Source: Phycisphaerae bacterium (lineage in GTDB: Bacteria; Planctomycetota; Phycisphaerae; UBA1845). Taken from it: DNA of 64,000 bases. Numbering within the stretch: the first letter of the stretch is position 1; the number at the start of each line of letters is the position of its first letter. The stretch is taken from assembly GCA_963666835.2 (NCBI GenBank), contig CAXXGO010000001.1, forward strand, positions 512,001-576,000. The letters are read 5' to 3'. The position numbers were made by a program, and so were the translations under genes. This document shows positions 31,901 through 41,015 of this stretch, piece after piece. The notes beneath the pieces were generated by a model. The model made no database searches and was not told the origin of the DNA. It saw only the letters and a list, made by a program, of their open reading frames with translations.

Positions 31901-32818
31901 ATGGCTCAGAGGCGCGCGATTCTCAACAAGAAGAAAGCCACGCAGAAGATCCGGAAGATCACCAACGCGATGGCCATAATCGCAAGTGGAAGACTGCAGA
32001 GGCTGCGCAAGCGTTTGCTAGCGGCCGAGCCTTACGTAAATAAGCTGCACGAGATGGTCGAGGCACTTGCCGAAAATGTACGTGACCTCGACCACCCCCT
32101 CCTTCGACAGGCCTCGGTTGAGGATTCCGCCGGTTGCGCCGCCTTTTTTGTGATTACCAGTACACGCGGACTGGCTGGAGCGTACAACAGCAACGTGCTT
32201 CGGATGGCATCGGATTCTATCCGCGAGTGGGAATCCGGCGGCCACTCCGTCGAATTGTACGTCAAAGGCAAGAAAGGCGCTTCGTACTTCGCCTTCCGCA
32301 AACGCCCGATGGCCCGACGATTTGACTCGCTCGGCGAAATGCCGACAAACGCGGACGTGGCTGAGGCCGCGACGTGGTTCATAGATCGCTTCAGCTCCGG
32401 CAAAACCGACATGCTCAAGGTGGCCTACACGAAGTTTATGAGTACCGGCGACTGTCGGCCAGCATTGATTACTTTGTTGCCCACGAGAGCCAAGCGCGAA
32501 ACAGCAGCTAACGCTAGCCAAGCGTCGACGTTGACTGGGCAGTTCAAAAGCGCCGTCGGGTATGAATTCTCACCTGATCCAAGCGATCTGCTGGGCGAGT
32601 TGCTGCCACTCGCTGTACAAAGCGACCTGCGTCAGTGTCTTCTCAACGCAGCGACGAGCGAGAGCGCTGCACGGAGGGTCGCCATGACGCGTGCCACCGC
32701 CAGCGCTGACAGATTGAGCAGATCGTTATCGCTGCGGTACAACCGCGCACGCCAAGACCACATTACAACCGAGTTGATGGACATCATTGGTGCAACCGAG
32801 GCTTTCAGAAACCGCTGA
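31901..32818 (+). CDS. atpG: Stand-alone F1 ATP synthase gamma subunit
   Basis: KITNAM, RGLAGAYNSN, SE.AAR..AM..AT, YNRARQ.ITTEL..I..A. Confidence 0.9.
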   Translation: MAQRRAILNKKKATQKIRKITNAMAIIASGRLQRLRKRLLAAEPYVNKLHEMVEALAENVRDLDHPLLRQASVEDSAGCAAFFVITSTRGLAGAYNSNVLRMASDSIREWESGGHSVELYVKGKKGASYFAFRKRPMARRFDSLGEMPTNADVAEAATWFIDRFSSGKTDMLKVAYTKFMSTGDCRPALITLLPTRAKRETAANASQASTLTGQFKSAVGYEFSPDPSDLLGELLPLAVQSDLRQCLLNAATSESAARRVAMTRATASADRLSRSLSLRYNRARQDHITTELMDIIGATEAFRNR

Positions 32819-33005
32819 TTGGTGGGACGACAACACTTCGTTTGTCACGCCCGGGCGAGTCGCTTTTCGGCCCAAACGAGCCGTTTTGATGCGAGGAATC
32901 AGCGCATATTTCAGGAATCGGGGAGACTATCGTAGCGCCGATGTGGTATAATGGTAGTAGTAAGCGGGGTTGCCGTACATCTTGCCGCGGCCCCGGTTGA
33001 GGTTT

Positions 33006-33109
33006 TCGGATGACTTGATGAAGGGCAACCCGGCGGCGCCGGGTGGCTCGTTGAAGAGTAAGCCGACGTGGTTGCGCACCTTCGGGTGCTTGGCCGCGTC
33101 GGCTTTTTT
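33006..33109 (+). ncRNA. Repeated cis-regulatory leader, copy 4 (terminator 33062-33109)
   Basis: Same motif; TG-G-TATAAT at 32944-32952. Confidence 0.85.
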
Positions 33110-33158
33110 ATTGATTTTGCCTGACGTCAGGATCATTCGGTCCACAAGGACGAACCTG

Positions 33159-33245
33159 ATGCATGAAATCGATTCGGCCATGGCAAAGCAGATCGGTCGG
33201 GTGGCTGCGACTTTTGAGCGGCAGACGACCGGCCGGGTCCCGGAC
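33159..33245 (+). pseudogene. N-terminal fragment of DUF2294 subtype B
   Basis: 'MHEIDSAMAKQIGRVAATFERQTTGRVP' aligns by eye with 'MDKPNSTMARQIAQAASVFEQQRTGNTP' at 15837. Confidence 0.7.
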
Positions 33246-33365
33246 CTGCAACGCAGAAAAGCTGAACGGTACGCCGGTGTACAGGCCCAGAGCGCGACAC
33301 TTGAACGATCATCCGCTCCAGTTCTTCATCGGCGCAAAATGGCTGGGGTTTCTCGTCGACACCGG

Positions 33366-33380
33366 CCTCCGGGTTATGAG
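33366..33380 (-). mobile_element. tRNA-Met anticodon-arm fragment (relic att site)
   Basis: CCTCCGGGTTATGAG identical to 9257-9271 and 39777-39791. Confidence 0.5.
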
Positions 33381-34386
33381 AGTGACGATGGCGAAAATCG
33401 TAACCTACTGCCACACCCGGACTTATGCGTATGCTCTTGTATGTTCGAAGGTAGGCCAGCACAACACGAGTGCGCCTCAACATCTGGGTGATCTTACCGC
33501 GTGCCCGAGCATCGACACGTCGACGCGACGAATTGCCCGGGACCACACCTCGCCGGTGATACGGCGGGCCCCCGACATTTTGGGCCGCTGCCCGTGGACC
33601 CGCGAGATGTTGACCCACCAGGGAACATATAAATGATGTCGGCTTGACGTGTGACGAACTGGAAATGTCGAATGAGCTGGTTCCATACCATCCTCAGGTT
33701 TCTCTTCCTGGTGCCTGGCTGGCATCAGGTGAGGTTATTGCTCAATCGCCTGACCAGCGGTCCACCACGAGGTCAAACGCGATCGGTGGTCGAGAAGTCA
33801 CACATTGGACAAAGTTGCCGATGCTGGGAGATAAGGCCCGCGAGCACGGCTTCGAATTGCCGAACCCGCTGGGTGTCGCGGGCAGCTTCTACCTGGAGCG
33901 GCAGGACTTCGAAATTGCGGATCCTGATTCTCTACCTCGCTCCGGTGGTTAACTCCTTTAATGTCAGTGGTTTGGCAGCTACGGCCGCGATAACAAGGCG
34001 ATCGAAGAGTTTTGCTTCCATCCAGCGACGGTTGGCCCGATAGGTGAACGCGGCCAGGTAACGGTCGAGGTGTTTGGGCGAAACGCTGTGATATGTGCCC
34101 ACAATCATCCGCTTCAGGTTGCCGATGAAGGTGTGAACCCAGGGGAAAATTTGAACCGCATTCTTCCCACCGCCCGTCACGATTGCCTCGTGCTCGTACC
34201 CGGCCTTGGCCACTGAAACGTAACTTCCCCATCCGTCCGTCCGGAGACATGAGCCCTTTGCTATGTGCTTCGTCGTGAAGCCCTTCAGGCTCCGAGCGTC
34301 GACGCTTTTCAGTCCCTGAATGGCGATTCGCTTAGGCCGGTCGTTCTCATCAAGCTCGACGGCCACTCCCACTGTGTTGCCGGCGG

Positions 34387-34851
34387 TCAGGAAGCGCGTG
34401 ATTCCGGCGGTTTAGGCGGGTTTGGGTGTGGCGTGGGTTGGTCCGGCAGGTCGAGGCCGAGGGATCGGCAGAGGTCGCCGATGGAGATGGCTTCGCCGCC
34501 GCGCTCACGTTTTTCGGATCGTGGCAGTGGCAGCAGTTGCCAGATGCCGTCGGGGTGGCCTTGTCGCCATGGCCGGTGGGCGACCAGCCGCCACTCGAGC
34601 ATTCGTGCCAGCGCCTGGTCGACATCGTGTCGACTGATACCGAGTTTGGCGGCCATGCGCTCCCGGCTGAAGAAGGACGCTCCGTGGCGATCCGAGGCCA
34701 GGGCCAGTAAGACCATCACGGAGGTCCCCTCGGGCCCGAGGCGGGCCAGCCAATCGTCGTGGAGCAGGCGGTCCTCCAGCCAGCCGAACCGGCCGGTGGG
34801 CTGACGGACAAGATCAGGTACGGGTGGGATGAGGTTCGGCTTCTTGCTCAT
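34387..34851 (-). CDS. HTH-containing accessory protein of IS21 element
   Basis: 'GASFFSRERMAAKLGISRHDVDQALARM' winged-HTH-like pattern. Confidence 0.6.
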   Translation of the reverse strand: MSKKPNLIPPVPDLVRQPTGRFGWLEDRLLHDDWLARLGPEGTSVMVLLALASDRHGASFFSRERMAAKLGISRHDVDQALARMLEWRLVAHRPWRQGHPDGIWQLLPLPRSEKRERGGEAISIGDLCRSLGLDLPDQPTPHPNPPKPPESRAS

Positions 34852-34939
34852 GGACTATTGCACTCCGGCGGCACGCTCACACGGCCCCGTATGCGTGATG
34901 CGAGCGTCGCAAGCTTCATATTCCGTCGCACACTTCACG

Positions 34940-35764
34940 TCATCCCTGCTTCGGCGTACGCGTGGGTTGCGTCCTTCCCTTCTTGCTTTTGGTCGCTCGC
35001 TTGCGCGCTTTCTCGGCAGCGTGCTGCTTGGCCTCCTTGGCGCGATACGAGTCGCCCTCGATCTTGACGATCTCGGCGTGATGCAGCAGGCGGTCGACCA
35101 GCGCTGTCACCGAGCTGGCGTTGGGGAAGACCTCGTTCCACTCGGCAAACGGCTTGTTGGTGGTCAGGATGATCGGCCGCTGCTCATGACGACGGCTGAC
35201 GACCTCGAACAGCAGATCCGCCGCCCGGCGGTCATAAGAGAGATATCCGACCTCATCGATCAGCAGGACTATAGGATTGACGTAGCGCCGCAGCGTACGC
35301 GCCAACGCAGTGGACGTATCCTGCGCAGCCAAGTCGTTGAGCATCGCGCTGGCTGTCGCACACAAGACGGTGTGACCTCGTAACAACGCCTGGTGGACGA
35401 TGTTCTGAGCGATCGTCGACTTGCCCACGCCGTTGGGACCGGCCAGGATGATGTTGGTCGCCTCACCGACGAAGCCCAGTTGCATCAGTTCCTCGATCAG
35501 TGGCCGATCGATGGTCTTCGGCCAGGACCAGTCGAAGTCGGCGATCGGCTTGAACCGGCCGACCTTCGACGTACGGATGCGTCGCTCCAAGCTCCGCCGA
35601 CTACGTTCCGCCTCCTCGCACTCGATCAGCGTGAGCACCCAGGGCTGATCGCCCAGTTCCTGCCAGCGGGCCAGCAGGCCGTACAGCCCGAGGCGCCGGG
35701 CGCGGTCCATGAGTGGATCAGGTGACGGACTACTCGTCGCGGTTGCTTTGCTCGTCATGGTCAT
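34940..35764 (-). CDS. istB: IS21 helper ATPase IstB
   Basis: GPNGVGKS, LLIDEVGY, LTTN, DRLLHH, GDSYR. Confidence 0.95.
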   Translation of the reverse strand: MTMTSKATATSSPSPDPLMDRARRLGLYGLLARWQELGDQPWVLTLIECEEAERSRRSLERRIRTSKVGRFKPIADFDWSWPKTIDRPLIEELMQLGFVGEATNIILAGPNGVGKSTIAQNIVHQALLRGHTVLCATASAMLNDLAAQDTSTALARTLRRYVNPIVLLIDEVGYLSYDRRAADLLFEVVSRRHEQRPIILTTNKPFAEWNEVFPNASSVTALVDRLLHHAEIVKIEGDSYRAKEAKQHAAEKARKRATKSKKGRTQPTRTPKQG

Positions 35765-37310
35765 ATTCCTCCTGGCGGTCGTCGTTATCTGTGCCTTGAG
35801 CACGCTGTTCGAACGGTTCCCGCGCGTCGACGATGCCTTGGCTCAGTTCGTCATAGCTTTCCAGCGTATGCGGTTGGATGGTGAGATCGCGTACCCGGGG
35901 ATCATCCGGAAGTGCGACCGGCAGCGTAGGGCTTCGTCCTTCCGCGCGATGCTGTCGTTCCAAGATCTGCCGAACCGCGTGATGGTGCGGGATGTCCTTC
36001 TCTATCGCTTCGCGGATCGCCTGCTCCAGACGGGTGCCCCCGAACTCCTCGAGCAAGCGCAACAGGCGTGCGGTGGCCGTGCCGAGATTGGCGCCGCGCT
36101 GGGCCAGGCAGGTCAGCAGATCCCGGCTGGCCGGTGCGGATGCGGTGAGTCGGTCCATGCCGCGGTGCGATCGGGCTTGTTGCTTATGCCCGACGAGCCG
36201 TTCGATGTGCTCGGGATTTTCGATCTGCCGGTGGCGGTCGAAGCTGCGGTCATGTTCGGCTACGACGATGCCCCGGTGCATGATGCGCACCGTCTGGAGG
36301 CTCGCTACCACCACGACGGTCTGGCGTACCAGTTCGTGCGGTACCGAGTAGTCGTTGTGGTCGAAGCGGATGTACGGCGTCTTGCCCACGTTGAGTTCGC
36401 GCCGTTCGTCGGTGACAAACGGGGTGTGCGGCAGCGGCAGAAGCAGGGCTCGTTCCTTCTCGAAGGCTTCCGCAACCGTCAGGCGGTCATCCTCGACCCA
36501 GCGGCGATTGCAGGCCGGCCCATCACACCACGCTTGTGCCTGGTCGTTGAGATCATCCACATCCTTGAAGCGGCGGGCCAAGAAGAAGGCGCGGCGTATG
36601 TACTGAATAGCCCGCTCCACGCGACCTTTTTCGTTCCCTCGGGCCACCGCGACCGGCCGTGGGGCGAAGCGATAGTGTCGAGCGAAGTCGAGCAGGAGGG
36701 GATTGAAGCGGATGGCATCGCCTCGACGTTCGAGTACGGCGCTTTTCAGGTTGTCATACAGTGCGACGCGTGTCACCCCGCCCCAATCGGCAAACGCGGC
36801 CTCATGCCCGCGCAGGAAGTTCTCGGTTTGTTGCCCGAGGTAGAAGCGCAGGAAGATCCGGCGCGAGTAGGAGAGCACCATCACGAAGGCCGACAGATGG
36901 CGTTGTGCCCGGCCGACGGTCAGCTTGCCGAAGTGGCCCCAGTCGACCTGGGCCTGCTCGCCGGGCAGTGTTCTGACCCGAAGATACGCCTCGGCTGTCG
37001 CGCGGGGACGGTAGGTGGCGACCATGTGGCGGAAGTGATCCGGGCTGCCGCGGTACCCGCGCTCGTGGCACATCTCGTAGAGTCGACTGGCCGGGAGCTT
37101 GGGATACTGCTTCCACGTCGCGACAATCAGCGGGATAAAGGGATCCAGCTGGGTGGTGCGAGATCGTTTGGATGCCGCGGTGCCGTCTTGGGCGAGCACC
37201 CGCCGGACCGCGCTATGGTGGACACCCAGCTGGCCGGCGATGGTGCCGACCCGCCACTTCTCCGCGTGGTAGAGCCGCAGGATTTCCGCTTCGGTTTGGG
37301 GTGAAATCAT
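35730..37310 (-). CDS. istA: IS21 transposase IstA
   Basis: PGEQAQVDWG, LSYSR, YDNLK, KGRVER. Confidence 0.95.
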   Translation of the reverse strand: MISPQTEAEILRLYHAEKWRVGTIAGQLGVHHSAVRRVLAQDGTAASKRSRTTQLDPFIPLIVATWKQYPKLPASRLYEMCHERGYRGSPDHFRHMVATYRPRATAEAYLRVRTLPGEQAQVDWGHFGKLTVGRAQRHLSAFVMVLSYSRRIFLRFYLGQQTENFLRGHEAAFADWGGVTRVALYDNLKSAVLERRGDAIRFNPLLLDFARHYRFAPRPVAVARGNEKGRVERAIQYIRRAFFLARRFKDVDDLNDQAQAWCDGPACNRRWVEDDRLTVAEAFEKERALLLPLPHTPFVTDERRELNVGKTPYIRFDHNDYSVPHELVRQTVVVVASLQTVRIMHRGIVVAEHDRSFDRHRQIENPEHIERLVGHKQQARSHRGMDRLTASAPASRDLLTCLAQRGANLGTATARLLRLLEEFGGTRLEQAIREAIEKDIPHHHAVRQILERQHRAEGRSPTLPVALPDDPRVRDLTIQPHTLESYDELSQGIVDAREPFEQRAQGTDNDDRQEEYDHDEQSNRDE

Positions 37311-37322
37311 CGGGTTCGGCCC

Positions 37323-38096
37323 TCACCATCGACCAGCGGAGTGCTCCACGCGGCGGCGATACGCGCTGAGCGTCTCCCATCGGGCATACAACCCGCACGG
37401 CCGGCCGCAGAAATCGCAGCGCCGGACGGTCTGACCGGCCTGACCGGTCGACAGCGAGACCGGTATGCGGTGGGCGATGACAGGCGTACGGCTTGATGTC
37501 GCATCACAGGCCTCCTTCGGGGCACTTCTTAACGGAACCTCTTCTCGCAAGTGGCTGTGAGTTGTGGAAGGGTGATGCGTTACGGTTGTTACAATCCGCG
37601 CGGCCGATCGCATGCGCCATCGTTTCTGGCGAGCAGCGTTATTGCGGGCGCCGGGGGGCGTTTTCTGGTAGCGCCTGGCCGCTTCTCGGAGGCTTCGCCG
37701 CCGCAGGGCTTGGCGGCAATGGGGCGAGCAGTAGCGCTGGCCCCGGTCGCACCAGGAGCAGATCGCGACCTGCTGATGGCACCATACGCAGTTGAATAGC
37801 CGGTAGCTCTTGTCGACGGCCCAAACTCCCGCCAGAAATAACTGGACGCCAAGGCCGCTACCGCCGACACACCTGATGATTTGTGTGGTGTCGCTGCGGC
37901 TTTGGCCCGGGCGATAACCCGGAAGCCCAGACCGTCGCTCAACGGCCTGGGCTTCACGTTTTTCGGCAGGGATGTTGTCGTACCGAAGGAATCGGTCGGT
38001 GGTCACATCAGCATCGACCGCGCCGACACACCAAAGCCACCGGTGGAAACCAGATCCCCCAGATGGCACCTGCGGCCAGCCCCAATCAACGCTCAC
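37323..38096 (-). CDS. Cys-rich (zinc-finger-like) accessory protein upstream of istA; true start probably near 37830
   Basis: 'CVWC..QVAICSWCDRGQRYCSPHC' and 'CDFCGRPC'. Confidence 0.6.
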   Translation of the reverse strand: MSVDWGWPQVPSGGSGFHRWLWCVGAVDADVTTDRFLRYDNIPAEKREAQAVERRSGLPGYRPGQSRSDTTQIIRCVGGSGLGVQLFLAGVWAVDKSYRLFNCVWCHQQVAICSWCDRGQRYCSPHCRQALRRRSLREAARRYQKTPPGARNNAARQKRWRMRSAARIVTTVTHHPSTTHSHLREEVPLRSAPKEACDATSSRTPVIAHRIPVSLSTGQAGQTVRRCDFCGRPCGLYARWETLSAYRRRVEHSAGRW

Positions 38097-39774
38097 GAGG
38101 GCGAAGGAAGAAGAAGAGAGTCAGATCCAGAGGAAAACCAGATCCACCAGGCATGCGCCGGGGGAAAGAACCATATCCAGCGCCTACGCGCAACGAAAAC
38201 CACAAACGCCGCGGCGAGCTACACCGCCGGAATCACGCGCTTTCAAACCGCCGCGGACACACTGGGACCTTCTTCTCCACCCCACGCCCCGGCCGACCCG
38301 GTTCCCGGCCGCCAACGTATGTCTCGTCGACCTCCACAAGTCCCTGCAGGACATAACGTTGGCATCGTTGACGCATGGCCTCGCGGAGCTTCTGCAGCAT
38401 CATCCAGGCAGTCTGGTAGCAGACCTGGATCTGCTTGGCCAACGCCGTGGCCGCGAGGCCTTTCTTCGAGTGAGCCTCTTGATACATAGCCCAGAACCAC
38501 TTCCAGAGCGGCACGCGGGCACCGTGAAACACCGTGCCGGCCGTCGGTGAGGTCTGATGGTGACACTCCCGGCACTCGACGAGCCCTCGGGTCGGGAGCC
38601 ACCATCCGCGGTTATGCCCACAGTCCGGGCAGACGAACCGTTCCAGCTTCGGTCCCCAGCGAGCTTTACGCAGATACGCGGCACAGGCCGCATCATCTCC
38701 GAAGCGACGCATAAACGACGCTACATCCAAGATCTTGGGCACGGGATGCTTCGGGCGAATCTCGTCAGACATGGCCGACCTCCTCCATGAACCATGAAAT
38801 CGTAAGCCCTAACAAATACCGTACTTAGCCGCCGGAGTCAAGTAGAGAATCAGGTTGCGGATTTGAAAGTCGGGTTCGGCGACGGGCTCTTGAAGATCGA
38901 CAATCTGATTGTGGCCAGTGATGTCAAGACGAAACAAACCGTCTGGAACGTCCGGTCTGACGTCTGGTTACTGCCGTTCCTAAACGTGTACGGGATCCTC
39001 GGTTACATGGACGGCAGGGCTGAAATCGAGTTGGGTCCCCTGGGTGTGCCACTATATGACCTTGACCTGAGGTATGAAGGACCTACGTTCGGCGGCGGAT
39101 GCACCCTGGCCGGAGGTTTCAGACCATTTGAGGGCCGACATACCATACTTTTTGGCCAAGTGGACTTGAACCACACGAAGACCTTCCTCAACTTCAACAA
39201 ACTGGGCATAACCATGGATGCAGGGATCGACACCACAGTGTTCAGCATCCGACTCGGTCTGAGGGACAAAATGGCGACGGATTCATCGCGTGGAAACTCG
39301 CACCTTTCGCTGTGGGGCGGCGTTATGTGGCAGGATCTCCAGAGTGTCTTGCCCGGTCGCATCGACACCCTGGGTTTGGACTTCAAGGTGGAACCGGAGG
39401 CCCGCGACCCGTGGAACCTGATCATCGGGGGTCGCCTGGAGATTGCCAAGAACTTCGACCTGATGGTCGAGGCCGGGCTTTTGGGCCGTCGATCGCTGCT
39501 ACTGACGATGGCATTTCGATTCTGAACTATGCGATCCCTTTCAGCAGGCACTGACGTAGGACGGCTGAGGAGGGCCATGACTGATCGGCCTTCGAGAAAC
39601 CCTTTCAGCAGCGTGTGAAGCACATGGGCATCGAGGGAGTCGTCACAGCGGCGCGTCACATCCATGGCAGAATCCGTATTGCGAACGTCTGGTTGGCTCG
39701 ATTCGGCGAGAGTGCCTTTCACGTGTCATCGTTATTAACGAACGACATCTCACGCGAATTCTCCGGTCATACCT

Positions 39775-39794
39775 GGCCTCCGGGTTATGAGCCC
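39775..39794 (-). mobile_element. tRNA-Met anticodon-arm fragment (relic att site)
   Basis: Minus strand GGGCTCATAACCCGGAGGCC. Confidence 0.55.
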
Positions 39795-39852
39795 AATCAG
39801 GTCACGAGCCGTAAGTACCTGCAAACGCGTAAGTTACTGGAAACACAGTACC

Positions 39853-40048
39853 CTAGGGACACGACACGAGCTTGGGAACGCGCCCAAAATGCCAGAAGGC
39901 GTTCTCCAGGCATCGGATGTATGCCTCCGCCGTCTGCCGGTACACCACTTCGCTGTACGCCTTCCGCGAGTGGCTCAGGACGATGCGAAACAGGTGCGGG
40001 CGTTTGCGTTTGCCATCGGGCAGGATCACCGGGGCGCCGGTGCCGAAG
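39853..40048 (-). pseudogene. Internal fragment of a second IS21 transposase
   Basis: 'FGTGAP...HLFRIVLSHSRKAYSE...CLENAFWHFG.VP'. Confidence 0.75.
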
Positions 40049-40291
40049 CGGCAGTTCCGACAGGATCGTTCGCGACGTTCGGCAACAAGCATCGAGATCG
40101 GCCAAGTACTCAGCCGTATGCACGCGGAGCAGTTGCTCACGTGTCGCCGGCGAGGGCACGTGCATGCGACTGTCGAAATCATCGACTTGGCAACGTATTC
40201 CCTCGACTACGAGGGCAAACTTCTGCGTGGGGAAGACGTGCACACCTATGTCCGAGTAATAATCCGGATGATGGACCAGTGGAATGCTCAT
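40045..40291 (-). pseudogene. N-terminal fragment of histone-deacetylase-family protein
   Basis: 'HHPDY...HVFPTQKF...PATREQLLRVHTAEYL'. Confidence 0.75.
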
Positions 40292-40472
40292 CTCAGCTTC
40301 TCGTGCACGGGTTCATCGTATTGCTCCTCGAACCCTCTGGCGCAAGCATCTTCGTCGATTGTCGGCAGGCCTTGGCGGGCACCGTCGCCTATTGCCTTAC
40401 GATCGAACTTCGCGGATTCGCCGGCCATGACCGGAACACGAGTTCAACAGTGCCACTCGGCGCGAGCGATGT

Positions 40473-40928
40473 TCAGGTTGCTTCGGCTGAGGCGTACTTC
40501 TCAAACACGACCAAGTTCTCCGCGGTACGTGAATCCCAGCGGGTCCCGACGATGTTGTAGCCTCGGTGTATCGCCAGTATCAGCATCGCACGATGGTTGT
40601 TATAGCACTCCAGGCGGATCATCTCGTAACCCCGATCGCAGACCCAGGCATACTCCGCATCCATAAGTTGCGTTGCGACACCCAACCGGCGGGCATCGGG
40701 CAGCACGCCGTACAGCCAGCTGTAGAACGTTGACGGCCTGAGCTCGTATCCGCACGAGAACCCCACTGGCCGCTTATCCAACTCTGCCACCATAACGAGT
40801 GAATTGTGATGCTGCAGACGCTGCTTGAAGAACTTGGCATCCACGTGTGGTTTGAAGACTTCATTGTACAGGTCGCTGATCAGCTCATACTCGGCGGGCC
40901 CGACTATCTCGATCTTTGCAGTTGCCAT
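40473..40928 (-). CDS. GNAT acetyltransferase
   Basis: 'GVLPDARRLGVATQLM' acetyl-CoA motif. Confidence 0.88.
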   Translation of the reverse strand: MATAKIEIVGPAEYELISDLYNEVFKPHVDAKFFKQRLQHHNSLVMVAELDKRPVGFSCGYELRPSTFYSWLYGVLPDARRLGVATQLMDAEYAWVCDRGYEMIRLECYNNHRAMLILAIHRGYNIVGTRWDSRTAENLVVFEKYASAEAT

Positions 40929-41015
40929 GCGAAGGCTCTCCTCAGCTACGGTTAGGCTCGCTGATGCGATCTCGGTTGATCCTAATGTCTAACGCTCAGC
41001 GGTCACGCACTCCAT

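Larger units (their letters stand above)
34375..38259 (-). mobile_element. IS21-family element with two accessory ORFs
   Basis: TGT...ACA ends with ~37-bp imperfect TIRs sharing AAGCGCGTGATTCCGGCGGT; 5-bp duplication CACTG (34370-34374, 38260-38264). Confidence 0.92.
33923..38854 (-). mobile_element. IS1595-family element (transposase split into 38260-38772 and 33932-34374 by an IS21)
   Basis: ~30-bp TIRs CCTGATTCTCTAC...; 8-bp duplication TTGCGGAT (33915-33922, 38855-38862); Zn ribbon CPDC..CREC, VEVDETYVGG, TDG. Confidence 0.92.
33672..39525 (+). pseudogene. Putative outer-membrane beta-barrel protein split by IS1595 (33672-33922 and 38863-39525)
   Basis: '...QDFEIAD|LKVGFGDG...' rejoins in frame; alternating beta-strand pattern, terminal Phe (AFRF). 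Confidence 0.7.

Noticed and set aside
35709..37304. Long antisense ORFs (e.g. 531 aa here; also 59577-61379 and 55167-56180)
   Set aside because: Shadow frames of recognisable genes in GC-rich DNA.
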